A stretch of 64,000 nucleotides of DNA from an uncultured candidate division Zixibacteria bacterium (lineage in GTDB: Bacteria; Zixibacteria; MSB-5A5; UBA10806): assembly GCA_963817915.1 (NCBI GenBank), contig CAWFQL010000012.1, positions 512,001-576,000 of the forward strand. Reading direction: 5' to 3'. Position 1 is the stretch's first letter, and each line of letters opens with the position of its first letter. The translations under genes were made by a program, and so were the position numbers. Shown one piece after another: positions 10,352-20,933 of the stretch. Below the pieces are notes generated by a model. The model was not told the DNA's origin. It ran no database searches and was given only the letters and a program-made list of their open reading frames with translations.

Positions 10352-12109
10352 GTGGACAAAAATGCTGATTATTCTTCGCTTGATAATTTAGCTCCATTTG
10401 AGCGCAAGTTTTTTGATTCAGCGGAAAATTTTACATATATCGGTTCAGGCTCTATCGGAGGGAAAGCTCAGGGGCTCTCATTTATAAAGGATTCGCTTAT
10501 ATCCCGAATTGAACCTGACTCATTTCCGGGCATTACTGTTGATATTCCTCGATTGACTGTTTTAGCCACAAGTATCTTCGAAAAATTCATGAAAAGAAAT
10601 AATCTATATGAGATTGCTCTTTCGGATTCGCGCGACGACCAAATCGCGCACGCGTTTATCAAGGCAAATTTGCCGACAGAAATAGTAGGTGATCTCCGAT
10701 CACTAAGCGACAAAATCCATTCTCCGCTGGCTATCAGGTCATCGAGCCTTTTCGAGGATGCCATGCACGAACCATTCGCGGGGGTATACTGCACGAAGAT
10801 GATTCCCAATAATCAATTCGATGCTGATACGAGATTCAGGATTTTGGCGGAGTCGATAAAATTCGTTTTTGCTTCAACATTTTTCAAAGAAGCCAAAGAA
10901 TATATTTCTACCACCGGCCAGTCTCCGGCTGATGAGAAGATGGCTGTGATTATTCAGGAAGTAGTAGGGCAAAGGCATGGCATTCGTTATTATCCCCACA
11001 TTTCAGGTGTCGCCAGATCGTACAATTTTTATCGCACCGGACACGCCCGGCCCGAGGACGGAGTGGTCGATCTTGCCTTGGGACTTGGCAAGACTGTAGT
11101 CGATGGCGGTAAATCGTGGAGCTATTCGCCTGCCTATCCGATGGCCAATCCGCCATATAAAAATATCAGAGATATGCTCAATCAGACACAAACCGATTTT
11201 TGGGCTGTTAATATGGGGAAGCCTCCTGCTTATGATCCTGTAAAAGAAACAGAGTATATGGTTCAGGCAAATTTAACCGACGCTGAGTCCGACGGTACAT
11301 TGGATTATCTTGTTTCAACTTATCAGCCCAACAATGATCGTTTGACTATGGGACTAGGCTACGATGGTCCCAGAGTCATTAATTTTGCCCCCATTCTCAA
11401 ACTCGATGAAATCCCGCTAAATAAATTAGTGCGCTTTCTCCTAAAGCTCGGCGAGGAAGTATTGGGCAATGAAGTCGAGATTGAATTTGCCATGACCATA
11501 AGTCCAAAGGCCGACGTGCCGGCAAGGTTCGGATTCTTGCAGGTGAGGCCAATGTTTGTTTCTCACGCGCGGGTTAATATCCCAATTGATGAAATGGACT
11601 CTCCAAATCTGTTGGCCGCCTCCAATAACGTGCTCGGTAATGGCATGATAAATAACATTCGAGATATTGTTTGTTTAAAAAAAGGAGGATTTACCGAACG
11701 TGAATCCCATATAATAGCCAGCGAGTTGGAAAGGATTAATCACCGATTGATCGCCGAAGGATTGCCATTTCTTCTTATAGTGTTCGGACGATTGGGGACT
11801 ACAGATCCGCCGTTTGGCATACCCGTCAGCTGGTGGCAAATATCCGGCGCGAAGGTTATTATTGAGACTACGTCGAATGAAATGAATCTGGAATTATCCC
11901 AGGGTTCGCATTTTTTCCACAATGTCCTTAGCTCACAGGTTGGTTATTTTTCGGTGACACAATCGGGTGTTGATTCGATACGTTGGGAGTGGTTGATTAA
12001 TCAACCGCAAGCTGATGAATCTGAATATATCCGGCATGTGAAACTCGCATCGCCGCTTAAAGTAAAAATAGATGGGACCAATGGTCGTGGTGTGATTTAT
12101 TATGGATGA
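10352..12109 (+). CDS. PEP/pyruvate-binding (PPDK_N, ATP-grasp) domain protein
   Basis: GTG start after AAGGAG; IGGKAQGL, AIRSSSLFED, FAGVY, MAVIIQEVVG, EIEFA, LQVRP; C-terminal SQGSHFFHN; no PEP-utilizer TIM barrel. Confidence 0.85.
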   Translation: MDKNADYSSLDNLAPFERKFFDSAENFTYIGSGSIGGKAQGLSFIKDSLISRIEPDSFPGITVDIPRLTVLATSIFEKFMKRNNLYEIALSDSRDDQIAHAFIKANLPTEIVGDLRSLSDKIHSPLAIRSSSLFEDAMHEPFAGVYCTKMIPNNQFDADTRFRILAESIKFVFASTFFKEAKEYISTTGQSPADEKMAVIIQEVVGQRHGIRYYPHISGVARSYNFYRTGHARPEDGVVDLALGLGKTVVDGGKSWSYSPAYPMANPPYKNIRDMLNQTQTDFWAVNMGKPPAYDPVKETEYMVQANLTDAESDGTLDYLVSTYQPNNDRLTMGLGYDGPRVINFAPILKLDEIPLNKLVRFLLKLGEEVLGNEVEIEFAMTISPKADVPARFGFLQVRPMFVSHARVNIPIDEMDSPNLLAASNNVLGNGMINNIRDIVCLKKGGFTERESHIIASELERINHRLIAEGLPFLLIVFGRLGTTDPPFGIPVSWWQISGAKVIIETTSNEMNLELSQGSHFFHNVLSSQVGYFSVTQSGVDSIRWEWLINQPQADESEYIRHVKLASPLKVKIDGTNGRGVIYYG

Positions 12110-15100
12110 ACAAAAAAAATCGACAGATAAGCTCGTTTGGTTCCTGAAGGAAAGAGCTAAAGAGCTCAATTGTCTTTATAAGATCGAAGAGCATCTCAAC
12201 GATCCCGACAAAGATATAGGCGAAATTTGCAAGGGAATCATTGATGTCATTCCTCCCGGATGGCAATATCCCGATATTTGTCAGGCAAAAATAACTCTGA
12301 ATGGCGTTACGTATAAATCCTCGAATTTCAGAGAGACTGAATGGGTTCAGATGGCGAACATAATTGTCCTCGATGATGTCATCGGGACACTGTGGGTTTA
12401 TTATATCATGGAAATGCCGGCTGCCGATTTCGGCCCGTTCCTGAAGGAAGAAACCAAATTGATCGGCACGATCGCTGAACGTCTTGGTAATTTTATCGCT
12501 CATCAGAAGATGAGACGCGTTTTCGATGAGTATAAGAATGCGGCGCAGGACCTCATTGATAAGTCAAAACCTGAATGGCGTATTATCCTGGATTTATTAA
12601 GGGAAACAGATAGGAGTCTTTTCCTCAGGATATCTCACAAGATGCTTAATCATCTGTGCTGGAACGGCATCGAGGATGCCAAGGGTCTGATGCGGTATTA
12701 TAGCCCTGATGCCCGTCCCGGCGAAGAGGGTCAATCGTCCCAGGAGAATAAACCTTTCCAAAAGAAGGTACTGATTTCATCGAATGATTTTCTAAGCGAT
12801 GAAACATTCAAAATTGCTACGGATAATCTGCCATCGGAAGAGATACTGGGATATATACAGAAATGGATTCAACAGGATAAACTCAATTTCCTGGTTAAAT
12901 CGCTTGTCAATCTTAATGCCTCGATGTCGGAAGTCGCGGACGCCGTTCGTCGTTACCAGAGAATGACTCCAGAGGGCATTGATATTCCTAATCCAATTAG
13001 AGAGGGCGTGCTGGTATCTCTTATTCGCCGCTTCTTTTCCGACCAGCTCGATTTTATTAATGTCGCCAAAAACTATGTTGGGATAGGCGATTTTTACAAT
13101 TTGATACAAAATGTTATCTATACAGATGATAGCCACGGCAAGCTCGGCGGAAAGAGTGCAGGCCTATTTATTGCCATGCAAATACTTAGGAAATGCGGCG
13201 ATCCCGGGATGCTGGCAAATTTGAAAACTCCCAAGACCTGGTATATCTCATCAGACCTACTTATTTATTTCATGCATCATAATAATTTCGAAGAAGTGAT
13301 AGAACAAAAATACAAAGATATTAACCAGGTAAGAGTGGAATATCCGCATATAGTTCAGACATTCAAAAATGCCCACTTTCCCCCGGAATTTGTTAAGGGC
13401 GTTTCGATGGCGCTGGATGATTTCAAAGACAATCCATTGATTGTTCGCAGCTCCAGTCTTCTTGAAGATAGAACTGGCGCCGCGTTTTCGGGAAAATATA
13501 AAAGTCTCTTTATTGCCAATCAGGGAAGCAAGGAGGAACGGCTCGAAGCGGTATTGGACGCCATCTCCGAAGTCTATGCGTCGACATTCGGGCCCGACCC
13601 AATTGGATATCGTATCGAACGGGGCCTGCTTGATTTTCATGAGGAGATGGGAATAATGATTCAGGAGGTCGTCGGAACAAAGGCCGGAAAGTATTTTCTA
13701 CCCGCTTACGCGGGAGTAGCTTTTAGTAAGAATGATTTTCGCTGGTCTCCGAGGATCAAAAGGGATGACGGTCTAGTTCGGCTTGTCCCGGGGCTGGGAA
13801 CACGCGCTGTGGATCGCCTGAGCGATGATTACCCGGTATTGATGTCGCCCGGACAGCCGGGACTTAGAGTCAATGTTACCCCGGAAGAATCGATTAGATA
13901 TTCACCGAGGAAGATTGACGTTATCAACCTCGAAACGAATACTTTCGAAACAATCGATATAGGCGTTCTGCTAAAAAACTGCGAAGACGAGTACCCGGCT
14001 CTTAAACAGATATTCTCCATCAACCAGGACAGGCATATCTCGGAAATCTCCGGACTGGCCCTGGATTTCGTTCACACCGAATTTATCGCCACCTTCAATG
14101 GCCTCATTGCCAAAACCTATTTCGTAAACACGATTCAATCGATCCTGAAAATTCTCGAAGAAAAAATGGGCGTCCCTGTTGATATAGAATTCGCTTCAGA
14201 TGGTCGCGATTTTTACCTTTTGCAATGTCGGCCCCAAAGCCATTCCGAAGAAAGTATCGGCGCCGCAATACCCAATGACGTTCCCGAGGATCGAATGATT
14301 TTCACTGCCCGAAAATTTGTATCGAACGGGCGAGTCCCTGAAATTACCCATATCGTCTATATCGATGATCAAAAATATTCCGAGATTGGTGATCGGGGAA
14401 CTTTGCTCGAGGTCGGTAGGGCTGTCGGGCGATTGAATATGCTTTTGCCCAAACGGCAATTTATCTTGATAGGCCCCGGTCGATGGGGAAGCAGGGGTGA
14501 TATTAAATTGGGAGTCAATGTCACCTATTCCGACATCAACAATACCGCTGTTCTTATCGAAGTAGCGCGCAAGCGGGGCAATTATGTTCCTGATCTATCC
14601 TTCGGAACCCATTTCTTTCAAGACTTGGTTGAGGCGCGCATCAGATATTTGCCATTGTATCCCGATGACGCCGGAATAGTTTTTAATGAACGATTCCTGA
14701 AAAATACTCCTAACGTCCTGACTGAAATCTTGCCGCAGTATGGTTATCTTTCCGACACTATACGGGTGATAGATGTGCCCAGATCGTCAAATGGCAGAAT
14801 TTTGCAAATCTTAATGAATGCTGATTTGGATGAAGCGGTCGCGTTGCTTGTCCAGCCTGATTTGGGAATTGCAGCTCCCATCCAATTGAAAAATAATGTC
14901 GAGCATTCGGCCGACCATCATTGGCGCTGGCGAATGAGAATGATCGAGCATATCGCGTCGCAGATTGACCCGGCACGCTTCGGTGTTAAGGGCTTTTACG
15001 TATTTGGCAGCACCAAAAATGGCACTGCGGGCCCCGGAAGCGATATCGATATTTTAGTGCATTTCAAGGGAACGAAGAAACAGCAAGAGTCGCTAAGTCT

Positions 15101-15293
15101 CTGGCTCGAAGGCTGGAGCCTCTGCCTCGGCGAATTGAATTATTTACAAACAGGTTATAAGTCGGATGGACTGCTGGATATTCATATTATAACCGATGAC
15201 GATATCGCCCACAGAAATAGCTACGCGATTAAAATCGGGGCTGTTACCGATGCTGCCAGGTCGCTTCCACTAATGAAGAAAGATAAAAGCTAA
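12102..15293 (+). CDS. GAF-like + PPDK_N domain protein with C-terminal nucleotidyltransferase domain
   Basis: N-terminal LKERAKELNCLY...PPGWQYP...PFLKEE sensor-type segment; LGGKSAGL, VRSSSLLED, FSGKY, DIEFA, LQCRP, SFGTHFFQD; C-terminal VFGS...SDIDIL (Pol-beta/MNT-type). Confidence 0.85.
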   Translation: MDEQKKSTDKLVWFLKERAKELNCLYKIEEHLNDPDKDIGEICKGIIDVIPPGWQYPDICQAKITLNGVTYKSSNFRETEWVQMANIIVLDDVIGTLWVYYIMEMPAADFGPFLKEETKLIGTIAERLGNFIAHQKMRRVFDEYKNAAQDLIDKSKPEWRIILDLLRETDRSLFLRISHKMLNHLCWNGIEDAKGLMRYYSPDARPGEEGQSSQENKPFQKKVLISSNDFLSDETFKIATDNLPSEEILGYIQKWIQQDKLNFLVKSLVNLNASMSEVADAVRRYQRMTPEGIDIPNPIREGVLVSLIRRFFSDQLDFINVAKNYVGIGDFYNLIQNVIYTDDSHGKLGGKSAGLFIAMQILRKCGDPGMLANLKTPKTWYISSDLLIYFMHHNNFEEVIEQKYKDINQVRVEYPHIVQTFKNAHFPPEFVKGVSMALDDFKDNPLIVRSSSLLEDRTGAAFSGKYKSLFIANQGSKEERLEAVLDAISEVYASTFGPDPIGYRIERGLLDFHEEMGIMIQEVVGTKAGKYFLPAYAGVAFSKNDFRWSPRIKRDDGLVRLVPGLGTRAVDRLSDDYPVLMSPGQPGLRVNVTPEESIRYSPRKIDVINLETNTFETIDIGVLLKNCEDEYPALKQIFSINQDRHISEISGLALDFVHTEFIATFNGLIAKTYFVNTIQSILKILEEKMGVPVDIEFASDGRDFYLLQCRPQSHSEESIGAAIPNDVPEDRMIFTARKFVSNGRVPEITHIVYIDDQKYSEIGDRGTLLEVGRAVGRLNMLLPKRQFILIGPGRWGSRGDIKLGVNVTYSDINNTAVLIEVARKRGNYVPDLSFGTHFFQDLVEARIRYLPLYPDDAGIVFNERFLKNTPNVLTEILPQYGYLSDTIRVIDVPRSSNGRILQILMNADLDEAVALLVQPDLGIAAPIQLKNNVEHSADHHWRWRMRMIEHIASQIDPARFGVKGFYVFGSTKNGTAGPGSDIDILVHFKGTKKQQESLSLWLEGWSLCLGELNYLQTGYKSDGLLDIHIITDDDIAHRNSYAIKIGAVTDAARSLPLMKKDKS

Positions 15294-16150
15294 ATTATTT
15301 TCCTGATTGCATCGCCTGGATTTTCAGGATCGAATATAACCAGCGAAAGCTCTTGGCCGTCATGGGCGGCTGAAAACATATTCGTTTTTCCAATCACATC
15401 CTTCCATGAGCCGGTTATCCTCGCCGATTCATGAATATGACCATGCAATGTTATCAGTGGCTGTTTCGATTCGATTAATTTCCTAATGGCGATACTACCG
15501 ACATGCGGATCCAACGGTACATGGTCAACCATTTTGCCATCCGATGCTATCCTGTCGAGTTTTGTATCATGCGGCGGCGCGTGAAATAAAAATATCGAAT
15601 TTGTAAGATCATTATTTTCTATAAGCCGATTCAAGTCATTTTTGATAGTGCCATATCGAAAATCATGCTCCGGTACCGGCACACTTCGATAGCCTTCCTC
15701 CGGCGACACATCTCCGGGGTCGATATATCGCGAGACATCATATTTTTCCCAATCCTTCAAGAGGAATGGCGTCGGCGGCACATAAGAATAACCATAAACA
15801 GTATATTGTCCGAATTCTACTTTGCGTTCGTTAATATATTCCCAAATACCCTTGCCGCTGGCTTCTATTATTGCCGGCTCTTCGATTTTCCAGTCGTCAT
15901 TGCCGAGAATAATGAATATTCGAGGATAGCTTTCATTTAATGACACCTTCAACTCCGACAATCTTGATATTAGAAAGCCGTTGATGAAGTCAGCATGATA
16001 AGCGCCCTTCGTTGCCATCGATGCCAACCCCGATGGCAGAATATCGCCACCGATAAATACCGCGGCCGGTTTTATCTCCTTGATTGAGGCAAAAAGCTTT
16101 TCATATCGATCAATCTTGCCATGTAGATCGGATACGAAAAAGCAAGTCAT
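15290..16150 (-). CDS. Calcineurin-like metallophosphoesterase
   Basis: SDLHG, GGD, GNDD, FHAPP, HGHIHE. Confidence 0.88.
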   Translation of the reverse strand: MTCFFVSDLHGKIDRYEKLFASIKEIKPAAVFIGGDILPSGLASMATKGAYHADFINGFLISRLSELKVSLNESYPRIFIILGNDDWKIEEPAIIEASGKGIWEYINERKVEFGQYTVYGYSYVPPTPFLLKDWEKYDVSRYIDPGDVSPEEGYRSVPVPEHDFRYGTIKNDLNRLIENNDLTNSIFLFHAPPHDTKLDRIASDGKMVDHVPLDPHVGSIAIRKLIESKQPLITLHGHIHESARITGSWKDVIGKTNMFSAAHDGQELSLVIFDPENPGDAIRKII

Positions 16151-16167
16151 TACTTGTCCGCCTTTGA

Positions 16168-16884
16168 CTATGGAAATATTATTTTATCTTTTGAATGGCC
16201 CTGGGCGATTAGATTTTTTCTTAGCTCTATCTGCATCATAGGAGGGCCGCAAACAAATATCGCGGTATCAACCGATGGTTCCGGCAAATGCTGTTTCATC
16301 AAATCGGGAGTGATTCGTCCTTTGCCCATGCTCCAATCCTCTGGCGGAGTGTCTAGAATATAGAAGCGCATGAAGCTTGGATAATTTTCGGCGTAATCGT
16401 CGAATTCATCCCGCAAAATTATATCATCTGCCGTTTTGTTTGCGAATAATAATGAGACCGAGACATCAAGCTTATTGGTAATAATATATCGGATGATTGA
16501 AATCATGGGCGTTATTCCAGTACCGCCCGCCACGAGTCCGATATTTTTTGCCATATCGTCTTTAAAATGCCCTCCGACATGGGGGCCGCTCATCCATATA
16601 TCGTCGCCGACATTGTGGTCATGCATGAATTTCGAGACCATCCCATCCAGGTAACGTTTGATTATCAGCTCAAAATATCCGGCCGAGCCGGATATCGTAG
16701 TCGGTGTATACGGGCGAAATTCGACCGGATCAGTTCGGTCGGGATATATTTTCATATGGTCGCCCGGCAGATAATCTATCTGCGCTCCGGGGGGAATTGA
16801 AAATCGAAATTGCTTCGTATCATGCGTGATATGATCGATATCTATTATGCGATACGGTGTCATTAAGATATTTTTTTCACCCAT
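16168..16884 (-). CDS. FAD/NAD(P)H oxidoreductase, cytochrome b5 reductase-like (FNR family)
   Basis: RPYTP, GMVS, AGGTGITPM, LLFANKT, CGPPMM. Confidence 0.88.
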   Translation of the reverse strand: MGEKNILMTPYRIIDIDHITHDTKQFRFSIPPGAQIDYLPGDHMKIYPDRTDPVEFRPYTPTTISGSAGYFELIIKRYLDGMVSKFMHDHNVGDDIWMSGPHVGGHFKDDMAKNIGLVAGGTGITPMISIIRYIITNKLDVSVSLLFANKTADDIILRDEFDDYAENYPSFMRFYILDTPPEDWSMGKGRITPDLMKQHLPEPSVDTAIFVCGPPMMQIELRKNLIAQGHSKDKIIFP

Positions 16885-16900
16885 GCCGCCCCTCCCGATT

Positions 16901-17660
16901 TTAATTACGCTTGAATGGTTTATATCCTATCAAAACAGGGTATTGCTCTTCGGGGGATTTCTCTGAGAAAGTAAAATGGCCATTCTGCGGCTCGAATCCA
17001 ACATCCCTCAAAAGCCCTTCCCATGTATCCAATGAAAATATTCCGCAAATATGCTGGTCGAGTTCGACTCTCAAATCTCCATTCTGGCGAATCAAATAAA
17101 CGAATAATAAGTCATAGATAGTATCATTTGGATTGGGGTCGTAATAATGTTCAAAATAGGTGATTTCGAGCCCGTTATTCGAATGAGTCTGAACCCTTGT
17201 TCTGAATTGCCTGAATTTTTCGGGAGTTTCTTCAGCAACAGTCAATATCATTCCGCCCTGCTTCAAATGGGCAAATGCCGTCTCGAATACGAGCCGCAAA
17301 TCATTTTCAGTAGTCATATACGCGATTGAATCATATATCAACACTATATCGAATTGCTCATTCAGGCGGATATTCCTCATATCGCCCTGAAAGTATTTCG
17401 ATTCCGGGTTTAGATTTCGCGCGATAGATAGCATTTCTTCGCTCAAGATCGATTCCGGTAATATCAAAATGCTGTTTGAATGTCTTATCTATATGACCGC
17501 CTCCGCATCCCAAATGCAGAAGCGTTTTGGGCTGAATTTTGCTGTTTGATACAGCTATATTCGAAAAAAACTCGCCCTCTTCAATATAGTCTTCCGGCGG
17601 GCTCATGACTGGCCAAATCCAGGCCATATCCTTGTATAATCGCTCTTTTTTCCTGTCCAT
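16901..17660 (-). CDS. Class I SAM-dependent methyltransferase (one frameshift near 17446)
   Basis: LLHLGCGGG in ORF 17358-17660 continues as DLSEEML...QGDMR...FDIV in ORF 16901-17467. Confidence 0.82.
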
Positions 17661-17714
17661 AATTGGTATAAACGCTCAATAAAGCATTAATGTGTCTATA
17701 AATGGTCTTGGCTT

Positions 17715-18914
17715 TTATCTATCGCAAACCTGTTTAAATACACGCATGAAGTTGCCGCCCAGAATCTTTTTAATATCAACTTCATTGTACCCGCGCTTGA
17801 CTAATTCTTTCGTAATATTGGGCATCATTGAACAGTCGGAAAGACCGTCTGGAAGTCCATGGACACCGTCAAAATCCGAACCCAGTCCGACATAGTCAGG
17901 GCCGACCAATTTTACTATATAATCAATATGATCAACTACAGTGCCGACATCGATCTTGAGCGAATCTGTCATCTTTCTCATTTCGGAATATATCGGCTCC
18001 ATCGCCTTGTGACGCTGGCCGAAATCATCTTTGTATAACGCTTCGATGGAATCGATTTCTGCCTTATGCGCAGTCTCAATTGAATCTCTTATGGTGTTCC
18101 ATCTGGCCGAAAGATATCCGCGATAAAAATTGATCCCGATTACTCCGCCATTTTTCGCGATAGCCTTAATCTGGTCATCGGTAAGATTTCTATCGTGCGG
18201 GCAGATATTATATACACATGAATGCGAGGCAATGATCGGGTCTTTTGTAATTTTCAAGACCTCTTCAACTGTGGCGGGCGAGGCATGAGAGACATCGACA
18301 ATCATCCCCAATTCGTTCATTTTCCTGACTACTTCACGACCGAAATCGGTTAATCCATGGAATGCCGGCTTAGTATCGGCCGATGATATGCACCAATCGC
18401 TGGAGCCGGTATGAGTCAATGTCATATACCTGACTCCGCGATCGTAATAATGCTTCAGATTGTCAAGGCTATCCGCAATCGCGACACCGTTCTCGATCCC
18501 TATAAAGGCCGCAATTCTGCCGCTCTTGATGATACTTTCTGCTTGAGCCGAGGTTTTGCAGACCGCAATTTTATCGGGATAACGGCTTATTTGCACTTCC
18601 AGCGAATCGATCATTTCATCGGCCAATGGTCGGCATTTGGCCTTAGGCGTATTGGAATCAAGCCAGCAGGCAAATACCTGGAGCTTTATTCCGCCCTCCT
18701 GCAGCCTCGGTATATCCATGTGCCCCGTGGAATCCCTTTTCCCAAAATCGAATCCGCCTTTCATCATTCGCAGTACGGTATCGCTATGCAAATCCGCCAC
18801 CAAAGCGTCATGATGAATTCTTATCGGATCGTTTATCTTGCTGGATCCGGCCAGAATACCTCCTAAGAGAATTAAAACAATTAAAGAAAATCTCTTCATC
18901 ATGTTTTTATACAA
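17715..18914 (-). CDS. Membrane dipeptidase (peptidase M19), secreted
   Basis: Signal peptide, DLHSD, IENG, TLTH, DVSH, ASHS, GLGSDFDG. Confidence 0.92.
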   Translation of the reverse strand: MYKNMMKRFSLIVLILLGGILAGSSKINDPIRIHHDALVADLHSDTVLRMMKGGFDFGKRDSTGHMDIPRLQEGGIKLQVFACWLDSNTPKAKCRPLADEMIDSLEVQISRYPDKIAVCKTSAQAESIIKSGRIAAFIGIENGVAIADSLDNLKHYYDRGVRYMTLTHTGSSDWCISSADTKPAFHGLTDFGREVVRKMNELGMIVDVSHASPATVEEVLKITKDPIIASHSCVYNICPHDRNLTDDQIKAIAKNGGVIGINFYRGYLSARWNTIRDSIETAHKAEIDSIEALYKDDFGQRHKAMEPIYSEMRKMTDSLKIDVGTVVDHIDYIVKLVGPDYVGLGSDFDGVHGLPDGLSDCSMMPNITKELVKRGYNEVDIKKILGGNFMRVFKQVCDR

Positions 18915-19245
18915 ATCTAGTCATAAAAATCAAGAGATAAAAACCATTGTTACTGATTGCTACCAACTTCATGCTTCCGAGGCATTTATGATTTATAAAA
19001 ATTGCTCAAAATACTTGCTTATCCATAATATTGTGCTATTATTAATGCAGATTCACTTCCTTGATCTGCACCAGGGGTGGGCGGCCCCGCAACCGCTTAT
19101 ATTTTAGAACTTCATATTTTAATTTTGGCGCTAAACTGATAAGATGATTTTAATTTGGCAGAGGAGGAATGAGACAATAGAGAAATCTGCAATTTGGTGT
19201 TTGTAGTATTTTGGGCCGATTGAAATGAAAGAGGAGAGTTGTCTT

Positions 19246-20919
19246 ATGAAAAAATCCAATGTTACTGTCATGATTATGGCAATTTCAATTGCTGTAATTG
19301 GAATATTTACCGCCAATGCCGCGCCGCCGCTAATCAGTTATCAAGCCAAATTATGCGATAGCAGCGGGAATCCTGTCCCCGATGGCAATTATCAAATGAT
19401 CTTTAGCATCTATGGCGATTCCGTTGGTGGGACACCATTGTGGACAGAGGTCCGTCCCGCAGTTTCAACTTCAAGCGGCTATTTCCACCTTAACCTGGGA
19501 AGCACCGAGCCATGGGATGAACGGAATATGCTGGGGCCATCAACACGATATCTGCAAATTCAGATCGGTAGTATGCCTCCGATGTCACCTCGCACGAAAC
19601 TTACCTCAGTCCCTCAATCCGTATTTACTCAAAGGGTGTCCGGGGATATCGAGACATCCGATAGCAGCCTTACGCTTCAGCGGGGAACACAGGCGGTTCG
19701 ATTGCTAAATGGTCCCGAGACAATAGGACTCGTTATAGAGGATAGGCCAACTGATCTTGTAAACGGTAGGGTCTTCCGTGCCGGTATGGATTCCACCGGT
19801 GTCAATTTCGGATTGGATGGTCCTAATGGCAGCAAGATGATCGAAGCCACTGCTCAGTCCGGCGTTGCCGGCAGGGCTAGTTGGGTGATGTTCAATCCCC
19901 AGCCCGAACCGCCCGGTCATGATCCTTTCAGGCTTTTCGAAGTGAGCACAAATGGTCTTGGCCAGGCCAGCTGGGTGATGTTCAACCCTCAGCCGGAACC
20001 GCCTGGCTCTGATCCGTTCAGGTTGTTTGAAGTCAGTACCGGTGTTGGTGGCGAGGCCAGCATGGTCATGTTTAACCCTCAGCCGGAACCGCCCGGTAGC
20101 GATCCGTTTCTTACATTAAGAACAAATGTCAGTGGCGCAAATTTCTCTATGAACGCACCCCAGGCGAGAGGTGCTGCCTTAGTTAATAATCACCCTCAGA
20201 TAAATATCAGGTGCGATAGCACGGCCAGCAGATTGCTTTTGCAGAGGGGGCGCACTATGGTTGGCGGCCCTTCAGATAGCACCGGATTTTCCATGTATGC
20301 CGATTCTGTCAGCAGCGAAATGAGGTTTTTCAATAACAGTAATCTGCAACTGAAAATTACCTCCAACGCAACCGGGGCGACACTGGGTTTTATTGATGAT
20401 GGCAGCGAGTATATGGGTGTAGAACCGGCCCCGTGGCATGCGGGCGGCGAACTCACAATGAGCGATGCTGCAGGCGGTCCGACGCTGGTGTTATCATCAG
20501 ACGGCATGGCCAGTATTGGAACAGGGAATCATACGAATATTCTAACAATAGCTCAATACTCCTCAACCGATCCTATCGCCGATGCCTGGACTACATACAG
20601 CTCACGCAGATGGAAAACCAACATCGAGCCGTTGAAAAATCCATTATCGAAAGTTATGTCTCTGCGGGGCGTATCATTTGATTGGAAAGAGAATGGCAAG
20701 CACGATATCGGTTTCATCGCTGAAGAAGTCGGCGAAATTGTGCCGGAAGTTGTCGCCTACGAAAAGAATGGAATTGATGCGCAATCAGTCGATTATGCTC
20801 GTCTGACTTCCTTGCTCGTTGAAGCGGTGAAAGAACAGCAGAAAATGATAGACGATCTCAAAGCCGAATTAGTTGATTTGAAAGCGGAAATTAACAAAAA
20901 AGCCGATTTGGGCAAATAA
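19246..20919 (+). CDS. Secreted fibre-like protein with C-terminal peptidase S74 (intramolecular chaperone) domain
   Basis: GAGGAG RBS, signal peptide, ISYQAKL N-domain, three 30-aa FNPQPEPPG repeats, YSSRRWKTNIEPL...IGFIAEEV...VDYARLT plus coiled coil. Confidence 0.85.
   Translation: MKKSNVTVMIMAISIAVIGIFTANAAPPLISYQAKLCDSSGNPVPDGNYQMIFSIYGDSVGGTPLWTEVRPAVSTSSGYFHLNLGSTEPWDERNMLGPSTRYLQIQIGSMPPMSPRTKLTSVPQSVFTQRVSGDIETSDSSLTLQRGTQAVRLLNGPETIGLVIEDRPTDLVNGRVFRAGMDSTGVNFGLDGPNGSKMIEATAQSGVAGRASWVMFNPQPEPPGHDPFRLFEVSTNGLGQASWVMFNPQPEPPGSDPFRLFEVSTGVGGEASMVMFNPQPEPPGSDPFLTLRTNVSGANFSMNAPQARGAALVNNHPQINIRCDSTASRLLLQRGRTMVGGPSDSTGFSMYADSVSSEMRFFNNSNLQLKITSNATGATLGFIDDGSEYMGVEPAPWHAGGELTMSDAAGGPTLVLSSDGMASIGTGNHTNILTIAQYSSTDPIADAWTTYSSRRWKTNIEPLKNPLSKVMSLRGVSFDWKENGKHDIGFIAEEVGEIVPEVVAYEKNGIDAQSVDYARLTSLLVEAVKEQQKMIDDLKAELVDLKAEINKKADLGK
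19873..20109 (+). repeat. Intragenic tandem repeat, 90-bp period, about 2.6 copies
   Basis: Units start 19873, 19963, 20053 and encode (R/Q/E)AS(W/M)VMFNPQPEPPG(H/S)DPF. Confidence 0.9.
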
Positions 20920-20933
20920 GGGGGTTGCTAATC

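Noticed and set aside
10352..15293. ppsA/ppdK annotation
   Set aside because: No PEP/pyruvate TIM-barrel domain or recognisable canonical swivel-His motif.
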